Notes: generated from the letters alone by a model not told the origin. 64,000 nucleotides of DNA from Thermoplasmata archaeon (GCA_021792255.1 JAJYUZ010000001.1:224001-288000), one strand, 5' to 3'; counted from the first letter of the stretch, positions 38,224 through 49,035 are shown. Numbers and translations are program-made.

Positions 38224-38691
38224 ATGCCGCAGGAAATATCAATTATGGTTGAAGGAGGAAAGGCAACAGCTGGACCTCCTCTTGGACCAGCCCTTGGACC
38301 GATGGGAATAAACATCGGCCTCGTGCTGAAGGAAATAAACGACAAGACGAAATTGTTCTCTGGAATGCAGGTTCCCGTCAAGGTCACCGTTGATTCAGAG
38401 ACGAAAAAATTCGAAATTTCGGTGGGCAAGCCACCCGTTTCCGCTCTACTCAAGAAGGAACTCGGAATAGAGACGGCCACCGGAGCTTCCAAAACGAAGC
38501 TGTCCGGAGACCTGAAGTTGAGTCAGATAAAGAAAGTGGCGGAGATGAAAATTGACAACATGAACGCCGCTTCGATCAAATCGGCTATAATGGAAGTACT
38601 TGGCACTTGCGTGTCAATGGGAATAACCGTGGATGGTAAGGACCCCAGGGAAACACAAAAACTTATTAAAGATGGGTCCATCGCTGTCTAG
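38224..38691 (+). CDS. rpl11: 50S ribosomal protein L11 (uL11)
   Basis: GGKATAGPPLGPALGP, GTCVSMG. Confidence 0.97.
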   Translation: MPQEISIMVEGGKATAGPPLGPALGPMGINIGLVLKEINDKTKLFSGMQVPVKVTVDSETKKFEISVGKPPVSALLKKELGIETATGASKTKLSGDLKLSQIKKVAEMKIDNMNAASIKSAIMEVLGTCVSMGITVDGKDPRETQKLIKDGSIAV

Positions 38692-38726
38692 AGTAGAAGA
38701 GCAAACTTGCTCGCATCACTACTCTG

Positions 38727-39380
38727 GTGAATCCAATGGATAGCGAAACTTTGAAGAAGAGCTTGGAAGAGGCAATAAGCAAGTCTCCCAAGAGAAATTT
38801 TGGTGAGTCTGTCGACCTTGCGGTTAACCTCAAGGACGTCGATTTATCAAACCCGAAAAACAGAATAAACGAAGAAATTATACTGCCGAATGGAAGAGGA
38901 AAGAAAGTCAAGATCGGCCTCATATCTGGTAACGAAATGGCTTCTAAGGCCAAAGGTGCGGCTGACAAGTTCATTTCTGCGGAAGAACTTGACAAGATGT
39001 CGGATGACAAAAGGGCAACGAAGAAAATGGTCAACGACGTTGACTTCTTCATCGCCGAAGTAGCCCTTATGCCAAGAGTCGGTAAGATACTCGGTGGAAT
39101 CATGGGACCAAGAGGGAAAATGCCAAGGCCTCTTCCGTCCAACGTTGATCCCGTTCCAGTAATCAACAATTTAAGAAAGACTGTAAAGGCAAGGAGCAAG
39201 GAAAAACCAGTAGTTCACATTGCAATAGGTACCAAGGATATGGAAATAGAAAAGATAACTCAGAATGGACTCGAAGTACTCAAAAGAATCGAATCCAAAC
39301 TCGAGAAGGGAGAGGACAGTATCAGGACAGTCTACGTCAAGACATCGATGGGGCCAGCAGTAAAGGTAGAGGTGAAGTAG
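38727..39380 (+). CDS. rpl1: 50S ribosomal protein L1 (uL1)
   Basis: RNF.ESVDL, LPNGRG, GPRGKMP, YVKTSMG. Confidence 0.96.
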   Translation: MNPMDSETLKKSLEEAISKSPKRNFGESVDLAVNLKDVDLSNPKNRINEEIILPNGRGKKVKIGLISGNEMASKAKGAADKFISAEELDKMSDDKRATKKMVNDVDFFIAEVALMPRVGKILGGIMGPRGKMPRPLPSNVDPVPVINNLRKTVKARSKEKPVVHIAIGTKDMEIEKITQNGLEVLKRIESKLEKGEDSIRTVYVKTSMGPAVKVEVK

Positions 39381-40235
39381 ATGAAGGAAAACAGGTTTTC
39401 CGAACCAAAGGACGTGGCAATAAAGTCGCTCTCCGAGGACATCAAGAATTCAAAATCAATCGCCCTCGTCGGTATAGATAGGGTTCCGGGAAAACAGTTC
39501 CAGGAGATAAGAAAGTCCCTGAGGGGGAAGGCAAAGATAAAGGTAGTAAAGAAGACGCTCCTCAAGAGGGCATTTGATGGAATGAACAATGAAACGATCA
39601 GAGGTATGGAGAATTACATGGATGGCCCTGTGGCTGCGATATTCTCGAAGGAGAATCCTTTCCGACTCTTCAAGGAGATAGAAGCGAGCAGGACTAAAGC
39701 ACCAGCCAAGGGAGGAGAGATTGCACCAGAAGACATTATCCTTGAGGCTAAACCAACAAATCTGAAACCTGGACCGGTGGTCGGTGAGCTTCAAAAGGCT
39801 GGAATACCGGCATCAATTGACCAGGGAAGAGTAGTCATTCGAAAGGAGACCGTTCTCGTCAAAAAAGGGGACAAGATATCCAAGGAAAAGGCAATCGCCC
39901 TCTCGAAACTCGAGATTCTCCCACTGGAGATAGGTCTCGATTTCAGGGCAGCCTATGAGGATGGAATCGTCTTTGACAAGAGTATTTTGGGTTCCTCGAC
40001 ACAGAATTTCCTGAACAAGCTGTCTTCCGGACATTCGAGGGCTATAGCGCTTTCGATTCATTTAAACTACTACAACGGGGAAACCACTCCCATCTTCCTG
40101 TCGAATGCGTACAGACATGCGATCGCACTCAGCGTGGCAGCATCCTATCCAACTAAAGATAGCATCCGACTGCTATTAGCCAGAGGAAACTCTATTGCAG
40201 TCTCACTTGAAGGCAAAGTTTCGAAGGAGGCATAG
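39381..40235 (+). CDS. rpl10: 50S ribosomal protein L10/P0 (uL10), short form
   Basis: QEIRKSLRG, NPFRL, APAKGG.IAP.DI, PGPVVGELQ..GIP. Confidence 0.94.
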   Translation: MKENRFSEPKDVAIKSLSEDIKNSKSIALVGIDRVPGKQFQEIRKSLRGKAKIKVVKKTLLKRAFDGMNNETIRGMENYMDGPVAAIFSKENPFRLFKEIEASRTKAPAKGGEIAPEDIILEAKPTNLKPGPVVGELQKAGIPASIDQGRVVIRKETVLVKKGDKISKEKAIALSKLEILPLEIGLDFRAAYEDGIVFDKSILGSSTQNFLNKLSSGHSRAIALSIHLNYYNGETTPIFLSNAYRHAIALSVAASYPTKDSIRLLLARGNSIAVSLEGKVSKEA

Positions 40236-40288
40236 AAAATGTTTAAGACACTTAGTTTATTATGTGGGAGTAATTAGGGGTGAAAAGT

Positions 40289-40594
40289 ATGGAATACATA
40301 TACAGCGCACTGATATTGAACTCAGTTGGAAAACCCGTCACTGAAGATGGCATAACAGAGATACTTAAGGCGGCTGGAGTTACACCTGACCCAGCCAGAG
40401 TGAAGAGTCTCGTGTCTTCACTAGAAGGAGTAAACATAGAAGAAGCAATTAAGTCATCTATGGTAGCTGCTCAGCCGGCAGCACAAGCGGAACCTCAGAA
40501 GAAGGAAGAGAAGAAGGAAGAGAAAAAAGAGGAAAAGAAAGAAGATAAAAGCGAGGAAGAAGCTGTCGCTGGACTCGGTGCCCTGTTCGGGTAG
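40289..40594 (+). CDS. rpl12: 50S ribosomal protein L12/P1
   Basis: [14 protein letters not shown]-rich hinge, C-terminal GLGALFG. Confidence 0.96.
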   Translation: MEYIYSALILNSVGKPVTEDGITEILKAAGVTPDPARVKSLVSSLEGVNIEEAIKSSMVAAQPAAQAEPQKKEEKKEEKKEEKKEDKSEEEAVAGLGALFG

Positions 40595-40772
40595 ATTGAT
40601 CGATGAGTCCGCGATCAATAATTTTATTTCTTCTATTTTACATATTACCCCTAGGTATTTTTGGGTACGGACTATATTCCAAAATTCTAATGCTTGACCT
40701 TATTGGATTAGTCTGGTTGATATCTGCATTCTTTATCAACTCGATGAAAGAATAAATGGAACTTCCCTTAAT

Positions 40773-41954
40773 TTAGATCGTGGAGTTAGTTGAATCGCCC
40801 GCTTTGTTCTTACCCTTTAACGTCAGAAAGACCAGGATCGCAATACCCGCAGGGAGAACTGCTAGACCCCAGATTTCGTACGGAATCTGAAGATATGAAA
40901 GCAGGAATGACCCATAACTCGGACCCATTCCTCTACCTACGGAGTTGAAGAAGTTATAGACCCCCATGTGCGTTCCGATTCTTTTTCCAGACGAAATTTC
41001 CGCCACCATTGCATTTCCGGTGGGCGTCACGGCGTTCTCTCCCATGGTCACAATGAACATTGAAAGCATGAACTGCCACAGCACGTGATCAAACGCTATT
41101 GAAAAATAGCCTATCATGTACAGAACTGTCCCTATTATCAACCCGTTCCACAGACCTATTCTTCTGACGATCCTATAGATGGGAAGCTGGAAAGCTGCAA
41201 CGGCGATTCCGTTTACGAAATAGATTAAACCGATTGCAGCGGTAGATAGGCCCTCGAAGTGGTTTGCGTATATCGATAGCGTCACAGAGAACTGGGAGAC
41301 TACTACGAACAGGAAAGCTGTCGCTATTCCAAACGAATAGAGACGTTTTTCAAGATTTCTAAACGAGAATTTTTCTTCCTCTCTTGCTTGCCCCTTCTTG
41401 TCTCTCAGGAATAGGAACAGGGGGAGTGAGATCACGGCACTCAAGGCTGCCGTGAAATAGATATATGGATAACCAAACGAGGATGCAACGATTCCTGCCA
41501 CTGCGGGACCGAATGCCCAACCGAGATTGGAAGCGACCCTCATGTAGGAGAAACCGGCAAGCGGCACATCGCTGCTCAGTGAAAGCAGCGCATTTAAGGA
41601 CGGCATAAACAAGGAACCGACAGACTGATTGAGGATGAATAGGAGGATAAAGATTAGAGGTACCGGGAAGAGAATTGAAGATAGGAACAGCATTAGGAGG
41701 GTCCCGACGTACGCCGTAGCAAATGTGATAATGATTCTTCTATAACCGTACCTGTCTCCCAGATGGCCAGCGTAAATCTGGATGACCCCTCCAAATATGG
41801 CATTAATCGCAAAAATTAGACCAATCAGGAGGAGGGAAATTTTCAGCATATTGTTCATGAAGAGGGGTGTGAATCCCCACACTCCTCCAGTTCCAAAGGT
41901 CCTTATCGCTGAGCCGATCGAAATGATAAAGACATTTCTTCTATCCGTAAGCAA
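40773..41954 (-). CDS. MFS transporter
   Basis: Motif A GHLGDRYGYR, NLGWAFGP, 12 TM. Confidence 0.88.
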   Translation of the reverse strand: MLTDRRNVFIISIGSAIRTFGTGGVWGFTPLFMNNMLKISLLLIGLIFAINAIFGGVIQIYAGHLGDRYGYRRIIITFATAYVGTLLMLFLSSILFPVPLIFILLFILNQSVGSLFMPSLNALLSLSSDVPLAGFSYMRVASNLGWAFGPAVAGIVASSFGYPYIYFTAALSAVISLPLFLFLRDKKGQAREEEKFSFRNLEKRLYSFGIATAFLFVVVSQFSVTLSIYANHFEGLSTAAIGLIYFVNGIAVAAFQLPIYRIVRRIGLWNGLIIGTVLYMIGYFSIAFDHVLWQFMLSMFIVTMGENAVTPTGNAMVAEISSGKRIGTHMGVYNFFNSVGRGMGPSYGSFLLSYLQIPYEIWGLAVLPAGIAILVFLTLKGKNKAGDSTNSTI

Positions 41955-41963
41955 GTCCCTCTA

Positions 41964-43376
41964 TCAGATCAGGGGTTTTCCATCCATGTCAGGAGGAATT
42001 TCACAGTTGAAAATCTTAAGAATGGTCGGAGCCAGATCATAAATCGATGCCGTGATCGGCTTAGGTGAAATTCCAGGACCGATCAACCCGAAAATTCCCT
42101 TTATTCTGTGGTGTGCAACCTGTCTAGTTCTATAGGCCATTTTCTTCTCAGGGATGTCCGTCGCCCAGAGATGTCCAGACAGCTGGAACCGCTGATGGTA
42201 AATTTCATTGGTTATTGCGACTACGTCTGGTGCTTCTGATAAGTATTGCCCCCAGTAGACCTCTTCCCCCCGCATGACTTGCTTAAAGACTTGCTTGTTC
42301 GTCTTAGATTTCAGGGACTTGAGTCTTTTGGTGAGATCTTCAACTATCTGGTCCTTCTCTTCGATGAACATCGGATTGACATAGAACAGTCCCTCGTCAA
42401 GAGCGAGGACTTTAGACTCTTTCCAGTCGATGAGCCTCTCAATCTCAAACTCCATGCTGCTATCGAGGTCCTTAATTCTTTTGACTATTCGCACTTGCAT
42501 TCCGTCAGGAAGACTCCTTGCTACTTTGTACAGACCAGTCTTTTTGCCAAAATTGACCACGGATTCTCTAGAAAGCATAGGATTCTTTGCTTCCTTCTTT
42601 GCGAGGAGCCCTTCCTTCGCGAGGTACTCATTCGCGTAGAATTCATCCTCAATGGGCCCGTTGCCGTGGTCACTCATCAAGAGGGTGTATCCGTCCTTGT
42701 TCTTTGAAAGGATGCGGGAAATACCTTCATCGTTTACCTTAAAGTTTCTTTTCATTATGTTTTCATTATCCCACATAAAATGGGAGACGTGGTCGTTCAT
42801 AGTTATAGATAGGTGGATGAGATCGTTGTTCCACAAACTTTCAGCCATCTCGAATCTTGACTGGACTTCCTTTTCGATGCCATCCATCGTTTGTTCCGGA
42901 TTTTCGTTCCTATTGAAGAGATGTATTTGTTCCTTGACATAACTCGTTGGAATGTTCTTTTCAAATTCTTCCGGGTAAACCCACGTTCCTTCTCCGTGAG
43001 GAATTCCACTCAACATGACACCGTTGACCTTCTTGGGAGGAAAGGTAGATGGCATGTCTATGATTGCGACACGCTTACCACTATCCGAGAGAATATCCCA
43101 GTAGTCTTTCCCGTGAAATCCCAGTGAGTTGATGTTCTTTATCTTCATATTCTTCCAGTCTATTTTAGACCAGAAGTATACTCCCATCTTTCCTGGATTC
43201 CTTCCCATAGAGTAGGACTTCCACCCAGGTTGAGTAATATAGGGTATCGTGGAAAGTAGAGGACCATGAAGTCCTTCGTTCAAGAACTTTGCAAAACCGG
43301 GATACATTCCTTGTTGGATGTACGGGAGTATGGGATCCCAACTTGCCCCGTCTATCCCTACAACCACAACTTTCAT
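41964..43376 (-). CDS. alkaline phosphatase superfamily protein (COG3379-like)
   Basis: VGIDGA, STIPYITQPGW, DHVSH, MSDHG, HH..GIF, DLAPTIL, PPDMDGKPL. Confidence 0.85.
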   Translation of the reverse strand: MKVVVVGIDGASWDPILPYIQQGMYPGFAKFLNEGLHGPLLSTIPYITQPGWKSYSMGRNPGKMGVYFWSKIDWKNMKIKNINSLGFHGKDYWDILSDSGKRVAIIDMPSTFPPKKVNGVMLSGIPHGEGTWVYPEEFEKNIPTSYVKEQIHLFNRNENPEQTMDGIEKEVQSRFEMAESLWNNDLIHLSITMNDHVSHFMWDNENIMKRNFKVNDEGISRILSKNKDGYTLLMSDHGNGPIEDEFYANEYLAKEGLLAKKEAKNPMLSRESVVNFGKKTGLYKVARSLPDGMQVRIVKRIKDLDSSMEFEIERLIDWKESKVLALDEGLFYVNPMFIEEKDQIVEDLTKRLKSLKSKTNKQVFKQVMRGEEVYWGQYLSEAPDVVAITNEIYHQRFQLSGHLWATDIPEKKMAYRTRQVAHHRIKGIFGLIGPGISPKPITASIYDLAPTILKIFNCEIPPDMDGKPLI

Positions 43377-43410
43377 TCAGGTCGAATGAACTACTGATAT
43401 AAAAGAAATT

Positions 43411-44199
43411 TCAATTTCTAAGGAGCGCATCCGCCAGTGCTATCGGCTTCAAAAGAGTCTCTACCAAGTAGAATGGGTGATCAATCTTTCCGCCTCTTGA
43501 ACTTCTGACGCCATACGAAAGAGCGTTATTCTTAATGTACGTCTTCGCTGTCGCTCTGAGATAGGAATACCTTTTCCTGGCGAGCCTCCAATAAGAATCG
43601 AATTCTGAATGGTCATGGTAGACGTAAGCGTCTTTCACAAATAGCCCTCGGTAGCCTATCTTTGTTGCTTTAAGATTTATGTCGTAATCCTCGGCCCCAC
43701 CTGCGATCGAAAGATCAAATCCACCTAGCTTTTCGAAAATTTCCCGCTTCCACGCAGAGTTGCCCATTGGTAGATAGACGATACTCTGAGGAACAAGGTA
43801 GTCGTAGACGTAATCCTCTAGTTCATTCACATATCTCTCCGGACCCGACCTTGGATTCCCATGTTTTGCTGGGCCTCCGGTGAAATCAGCCCGTGATTCT
43901 TCGATTGGTTTGACGAGGTTGTCTAACCACGATTCCGACGCAATCTCATCGGTATCAATATAGGCGATGATGTCACTCTTGACTAGGCTGAGTGACTGAT
44001 TTCTCGTTTCCACAACATTTCCTGGCAATAGCTCAAATCTTGCACCAAATTCCTTACAGACTTGCTCTATGTCCCATTTGGTACCGCCATCAGCAACGAA
44101 AATCTCGTCAGGTTTCCTGTTCTGTTTCATTAACGAGTTTAGAGTAGAAGAAATTCTTCTGTCGTTGAATGAAGTTATAAGAACGGTGATCGTAGACAA
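43411..44199 (-). CDS. glycosyltransferase family 2
   Basis: VLITSFN, ADGG, RN, YIDTD (DxD), GGFD, AEDYD. Confidence 0.9.
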   Translation of the reverse strand: MSTITVLITSFNDRRISSTLNSLMKQNRKPDEIFVADGGTKWDIEQVCKEFGARFELLPGNVVETRNQSLSLVKSDIIAYIDTDEIASESWLDNLVKPIEESRADFTGGPAKHGNPRSGPERYVNELEDYVYDYLVPQSIVYLPMGNSAWKREIFEKLGGFDLSIAGGAEDYDINLKATKIGYRGLFVKDAYVYHDHSEFDSYWRLARKRYSYLRATAKTYIKNNALSYGVRSSRGGKIDHPFYLVETLLKPIALADALLRN

Positions 44200-44379
44200 A
44201 GGGTACCCCCGCCATGCAATCTTATTTCACTATTAATCTTTGATATGAGATCAGTTTAGATTTTTAACCAGATCTTTGAACTTATTTAGCATCGGCTCCT
44301 ATCCAAATTATTACGTGCCTTATTTTTAGTCCATTTGGATGTTAAAGGATATTTTATACAAAGACCTCATAACTAAGAA

Positions 44380-45390
44380 GTGCTGACCATCGTTTATCCG
44401 AAAATCAAGGTCGCAAGTGGGACAAAGTCCTACGTCGACACTGTCCTAGGTGGCATAAGCGAGGCGCATTATCCCTTTTCCTCAATTGGAATAAGAAAGA
44501 TTGAATTTTCCGTAACTGGAAAGCCATTGGGAGGAATTGTCTCTCAGAGGATGGGTTTACTCTTGCACAGAAATCTCAGTCACCCGATTCACGCATTGGT
44601 CCCAGAAGTAAGTCCGGAAGGAGTAGACGTGGTAACAATACACGATATCATCCCCTTCCTAAAATCATCGGAATTTATCAAGAATGCGTACGACAGATCG
44701 GCTTACAACATGATGTATGAGCGCGCTCTTAAAGCTAAGATATTGATAGTTTCGACCGAGACCGTCAAGAAGGAGCTGGTGACTTCCCTCAACATAGCAG
44801 AAGAGAGAGTTAGGGTCATCTACCAGGCAATCGATTCTTCAAAATTCGCCCACAGCGAAAACAGCCCGTATCCTGAAAACGGAAAGGTACACCTCGTGAC
44901 GGTAGGGGATTTCAACCCAAGAAAGAGGTTTGATTTGCTGTATGAAATGGTAGCTAGAAACAAAGATATGGAACTGTACCACCTTGGCCCTGTAAACTCT
45001 TGGAAGGATCGTGCTTCCAGGTTGAGCGATCTTGCCAAAAAAAGTGGAAACATTTTTCTAAAAGGGGAAGTAAACGAAGAGACCCTCATTAGATATCTTT
45101 CAAACGCTGATCTTTTTGTCTTAATCTCAGAAGCCGAAGGATTTGGAATACCCCCCATAGAAGCCATGTCCTGTGGAACCAATGTCGTCCTGAATGATCT
45201 TCCTATCTTCAAAGAGACTATAGGAGAGTTCGGATTTCTTAGCAGCACCGATAGATTCGAGGAAACAATCTTGTATGCTTTAAAGAATAAGAAGAAGAGC
45301 GAAGTGCTAAGAAATCACTCCTTAAAGTATTCTATCAAAAAAGAGATCGCAGATCTGCTATCAATTTATCAGGAGATTGGAGAGAGCTAG
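44380..45390 (+). CDS. glycosyltransferase family 4 (GT-B)
   Basis: VTIHD, G...PRK, S.AEGFGIPPIEAMSCG. Confidence 0.9.
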   Translation: MLTIVYPKIKVASGTKSYVDTVLGGISEAHYPFSSIGIRKIEFSVTGKPLGGIVSQRMGLLLHRNLSHPIHALVPEVSPEGVDVVTIHDIIPFLKSSEFIKNAYDRSAYNMMYERALKAKILIVSTETVKKELVTSLNIAEERVRVIYQAIDSSKFAHSENSPYPENGKVHLVTVGDFNPRKRFDLLYEMVARNKDMELYHLGPVNSWKDRASRLSDLAKKSGNIFLKGEVNEETLIRYLSNADLFVLISEAEGFGIPPIEAMSCGTNVVLNDLPIFKETIGEFGFLSSTDRFEETILYALKNKKKSEVLRNHSLKYSIKKEIADLLSIYQEIGES

Positions 45391-45575
45391 CCGTCCCAGA
45401 ATAGCATGAATTTAGCTCGGTCTGACAGTCGGAGAGTACATATCGTAACGGCTAGTGACAACAGAAATGTGGTTCGACATCTATTGTTATTCTTAATTTT
45501 GGATGATTGACCAGATTCTATCAATCGGTAAATTAATAGGAAAAGCTTTTATTCTAAGTATATATTGTCTGACTA

Positions 45576-46193
45576 ATGTCACACATACTACTAAAAGGGT
45601 GGCATAGGTATAAGGAAAGAGGCAAATATTCCTGGAGATCGTCTCTGGTAATAGCATTCGTAGCCACGATTCTGCTTTGGTGGCTCCCTATTTTTGGACC
45701 AATGCTTTCTGGGTACGTTTCGGGTAGAGCTTCCGGATCAAAATATAAGGGTGTCATTATCACCGCACTAGTCGCAGGCATTATCGGAGTTGCATCGTTC
45801 GTATTAACTTACATCTTTTCGGTCCCAACTTACGTCACTTATTATCTGTCATCGGTAATCATATACCATCTTCAAACAATCTCTCCATACTCTGCATGGC
45901 TGCTCTCTTCTACCAGCCAAATGTTTACAAATTTCCCTTACTATCTATCTTTCTTTCCCCCCAACTGGGCAGTACTGGTAGCATTCGGATTCATTGGGGG
46001 AGGAATGTCAGAACTCCTGATAAGGGATACAGAAAGGAAGAGCGTTCTGTCTGCAAGACATCCAATCCACAATGATGCAAAGGCGCTGACTCCCAAACAA
46101 GTCGAATATGCACCACCAGCAGATCCTCACCCACTGCTAAAGAAGATAATAAGAGACAAAGATATACAAGAATCCTCTGAAGATTATATCTGA
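45576..46193 (+). CDS. hypothetical membrane protein
   Basis: About 4 TM with WWLPIFGPMLSGYVSG and FGFIGG motifs, hydrophilic tail. Confidence 0.7.
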   Translation: MSHILLKGWHRYKERGKYSWRSSLVIAFVATILLWWLPIFGPMLSGYVSGRASGSKYKGVIITALVAGIIGVASFVLTYIFSVPTYVTYYLSSVIIYHLQTISPYSAWLLSSTSQMFTNFPYYLSFFPPNWAVLVAFGFIGGGMSELLIRDTERKSVLSARHPIHNDAKALTPKQVEYAPPADPHPLLKKIIRDKDIQESSEDYI

Positions 46194-46234
46194 TGCCATG
46201 GTCGAAAGACCAGGACTGCAAAAAAAAGCAATTT

Positions 46235-46381
46235 TTATTCTTTTAATTTTTTCCTAAATTCCGCAACCTCTTCTTGTAATGCCTTGTTGAGTGGATTTTT
46301 TCTGGCTTTCTCTTCTAGTTCTTTGAGTTTATTCTCCAAATTCTTCTTTTTCCTATCAAGGTCCCTCTTTCCGAGTGCCAT
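46235..46381 (-). CDS. small basic coiled-coil protein (48 aa, not in ORF track)
   Basis: Hand translation MALGKRDLDRKKKNLENKLKELEEKARKNPLNKALQEEVAEFRKKLKE*, followed by a T-tract on the coding strand. Confidence 0.6.
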   Translation of the reverse strand: MALGKRDLDRKKKNLENKLKELEEKARKNPLNKALQEEVAEFRKKLKE

Positions 46382-46437
46382 GAATCTTCAAGAAATTACT
46401 ACATTATCTACTTTCTGATTCTGTATACCGGGGCGAT

Positions 46438-46743
46438 TTAGTATGAATAAGTTATCCCTGTCACCTTTAAGGCATTTCTTAGTCTAGTCTTTGAAATGAT
46501 TACAACATCCTTGTGTCTAACGATCGAATCGAAGATAGGTTGAGAAGCAAATACCTTGAGATTGGAATCATCGTACAAGATGGAGTACGAGTTCGAGTGC
46601 TTTACTAAGGATATCTCGACGTGAGGAATCATCTTGCACAAGTTGTCGGCACAAGGTCCCTTCGTGTACTTTAATTCAAGATAGATCTCCTTTATGCCAT
46701 TGGTTACAACGATCTGTCTCGCACCTTCGGTAAGAGTTATCAT
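46438..46743 (-). CDS. small Cys-containing protein (HesB/CC-motif-like), coupled to copA
   Basis: MITLTE.A start, GPCADNLC motif; ATGA overlap with the copA stop. Confidence 0.65.
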   Translation of the reverse strand: MITLTEGARQIVVTNGIKEIYLELKYTKGPCADNLCKMIPHVEISLVKHSNSYSILYDDSNLKVFASQPIFDSIVRHKDVVIISKTRLRNALKVTGITYSY

Positions 46744-48809
46744 GGTTTAAACCTCTTCAGCAGCAGAGAATTCAAGACGACTGTCGTCGAGCTAAAAGCC
46801 ATCGCAAAAGCTGCAAGAAAAGGCAGTGAGTTATATATCCCTGCTCCAAACAGCGGTATCAATGCTCCCGCCGCGATTGGAATCAGTATTATATTGTAGA
46901 AGAAAGCCCACATAAGATTCTGCTTAATCTTACTGATCGTCATTTTACCGAGCTTGAGACTTACGTAGACGCCGTAGAGCTTGTCCTTCATTAGCACTAT
47001 TCCTCCAGTCTCCTTTGCAACATCTGTACCGCTACCGATCGCAATTCCCAGATCCGCCTTTGCCAGCGAGGGAGCGTCGTTTATTCCATCTCCGACCATC
47101 GCGACTATCTTTCCGGTTCTCTGAAGGTCCTCAATTTTTTCCAATTTCTGATTTGGTTTGACGCTAGCAACTATGTTGGTTATTCCAACTTTGCTTGCTA
47201 TCGCCTTTGCGGTTGTCTCATTGTCTCCACTTATCATCCACGTCTCTACGCCAATTCTGTTTAGCGCCTGAATTGCTCTTATACTATCATCCTTTATCGT
47301 ATCTGCGAGGGCAATTAATCCTGCAATTTTCGATTCTATAGAAACAATCAGTACAGTTTTCCCTTCTCCTTCGAGCTTTTTTATGTCGCTCTCCGCATTG
47401 GTCGTAGTTATGCCGTTATCAGAAAACAGGTCTCTGTTTCCAACCAGTACCGTCTTTTCTAACTTACACGATACTCCCTTCCCAGGAATGTAGTTAAAGT
47501 CTTTGGGAAATTGGATTTCAGTGTTTTCTTCTCTTGCTTTTTTCACCACAGCCTTTCCAACAGGGTGCTCAGAATTTGCTTCAGCCGCAGCTGCAAATTT
47601 TAGAATTTCCTGTTTGCTATAAGTCGAAAGTTCTATGATGTCGGTAACCTCCAGTTGACCTTCAGTTATAGTCCCGGTCTTGTCGAATGCTACCGTATTT
47701 ACCTTGCTCGCAATCTCAATGGATTCCCCCCCTTTGACCAGTATTCCATTTTCAGCGGCTTTCCCTGATGAAACCATCAGAGCTGCAGGCGTAGCAATAC
47801 CGAGAGCGCATGGGCAGGCTATTATGATAACGGACACGAAGACCAGTAGTGAAAAAGTCAACCCTATATGCCCCAGATAGAGCCAGTAAAGGAAGGACAG
47901 AATTCCAATCAAGACTACAGTTGGAACAAAATAAGAGGAAACTCTATCAGCCAATTTTTGAATAGGAACCTTCGCCGAGTTTGCGTTCCTCACAGTTTCA
48001 ATTATTTCCGAGAGAGCAGTATCTTCCCCCACTTTCTCAGCCATTATTTTAATTGCGCCTGAGAGATTGATCGTCCCTCCAATTACCTTGTTTCCAGCTT
48101 TCTTGTCCACCGGCAAACTTTCTCCGGTTATCATTGATTCGTCAACCGATGAGAACCCTTCTACCACCCTGGAGTCTGTAGGAATTCCCTCACCAGGTTT
48201 CACTAGGAGCAAGTCTGAAACCTTTATCTCTTCTGCTTTCACCCCTACTATCTCTCCGTTCTTGATCAGGTGGGCTGTTTTAGGAATGAGTGAAACGAGC
48301 TTGCTGAGAGCTTCAGACGCCCTTGCTTTGGTCAGGTGCTCCATCAACGTACCGGTCAGAATAAGGGAAATTATCGCTGTTGAGGTGTCGAAGTATATTC
48401 CTGCCGATGGAAATAATGAAGGGAACAGGACGACTACAGCGCTGTATGTCCAAGCAGCAGAGGTACTGATCGCTATGAGGGTGTCCATGTTCCCGGCTCT
48501 GTTCTTGAAAGCATCTATCGTACCTCTATAGAACTTCGATCCGGGATAAAACTGCACAACAGATGCCATTATCAAAGTGACAAATACCCAATATCCAAAA
48601 TGAATAATATAAGTGAATAAGATAACAGGAATGGTAAGGACCCAGGAGACCGTAAGCATTATCTTTAATTTCTTCAGTTCCTTCTCAGGTTCTTCGAACT
48701 GATCTTTGCACGCTTCGCTGCAAAAGTAATAGTTCTTGCCGTACTTGAAACTTTTAATTGTAGCAGTGGTTTGATCTACATACATTCCGCAGATTGGGTC
48801 CCTCGCCAT
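46740..48809 (-). CDS. copA: copper-translocating P1B-type ATPase with N-terminal YHS/TRASH domain
   Basis: [37 protein letters not shown] and MAFSS Cu(I) ligands; likely start at 48809. Confidence 0.95.
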   Translation of the reverse strand: MARDPICGMYVDQTTATIKSFKYGKNYYFCSEACKDQFEEPEKELKKLKIMLTVSWVLTIPVILFTYIIHFGYWVFVTLIMASVVQFYPGSKFYRGTIDAFKNRAGNMDTLIAISTSAAWTYSAVVVLFPSLFPSAGIYFDTSTAIISLILTGTLMEHLTKARASEALSKLVSLIPKTAHLIKNGEIVGVKAEEIKVSDLLLVKPGEGIPTDSRVVEGFSSVDESMITGESLPVDKKAGNKVIGGTINLSGAIKIMAEKVGEDTALSEIIETVRNANSAKVPIQKLADRVSSYFVPTVVLIGILSFLYWLYLGHIGLTFSLLVFVSVIIIACPCALGIATPAALMVSSGKAAENGILVKGGESIEIASKVNTVAFDKTGTITEGQLEVTDIIELSTYSKQEILKFAAAAEANSEHPVGKAVVKKAREENTEIQFPKDFNYIPGKGVSCKLEKTVLVGNRDLFSDNGITTTNAESDIKKLEGEGKTVLIVSIESKIAGLIALADTIKDDSIRAIQALNRIGVETWMISGDNETTAKAIASKVGITNIVASVKPNQKLEKIEDLQRTGKIVAMVGDGINDAPSLAKADLGIAIGSGTDVAKETGGIVLMKDKLYGVYVSLKLGKMTISKIKQNLMWAFFYNIILIPIAAGALIPLFGAGIYNSLPFLAAFAMAFSSTTVVLNSLLLKRFKP

Positions 48810-48837
48810 TCGGTTCTCTCCTTTGACTACTGATTTA

Positions 48838-49035
48838 TCAGCAGCATCCGCCCTTGTGTGAATGCCCCGACGATTCGTGAGCGTATTTGTCAGGGTGTGC
48901 GTCGAACTGTTTCTTACAGTCGTTGCTACAAAAATAGAAAGTCCTCCCCCCGTGTTCTTCACTTATTGCCGTATTTGCATCAACGGTCATACCGCACACT
49001 ACATCTTTCTCATTCTTTCCTTTATGAAACATCAT
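48838..49035 (-). CDS. YHS/TRASH-domain copper chaperone (CopM-like)
   Basis: KDVVCGM...FYFCS..C..F...P.KY, His-rich tail ending GGCC. Confidence 0.85.
   Translation of the reverse strand: MMFHKGKNEKDVVCGMTVDANTAISEEHGGRTFYFCSNDCKKQFDAHPDKYAHESSGHSHKGGCC

Noticed and set aside
40495-40560. Tandem AAGAAGGAAGAG-like repeats
   Set aside because: They encode the normal KKEE hinge of ribosomal P1
48810-48962. 51-aa N-terminal extension of CopA in the ORF track
   Set aside because: It overlaps the chaperone gene in another frame; MARDPICGM with an upstream GGAG SD is the credible start
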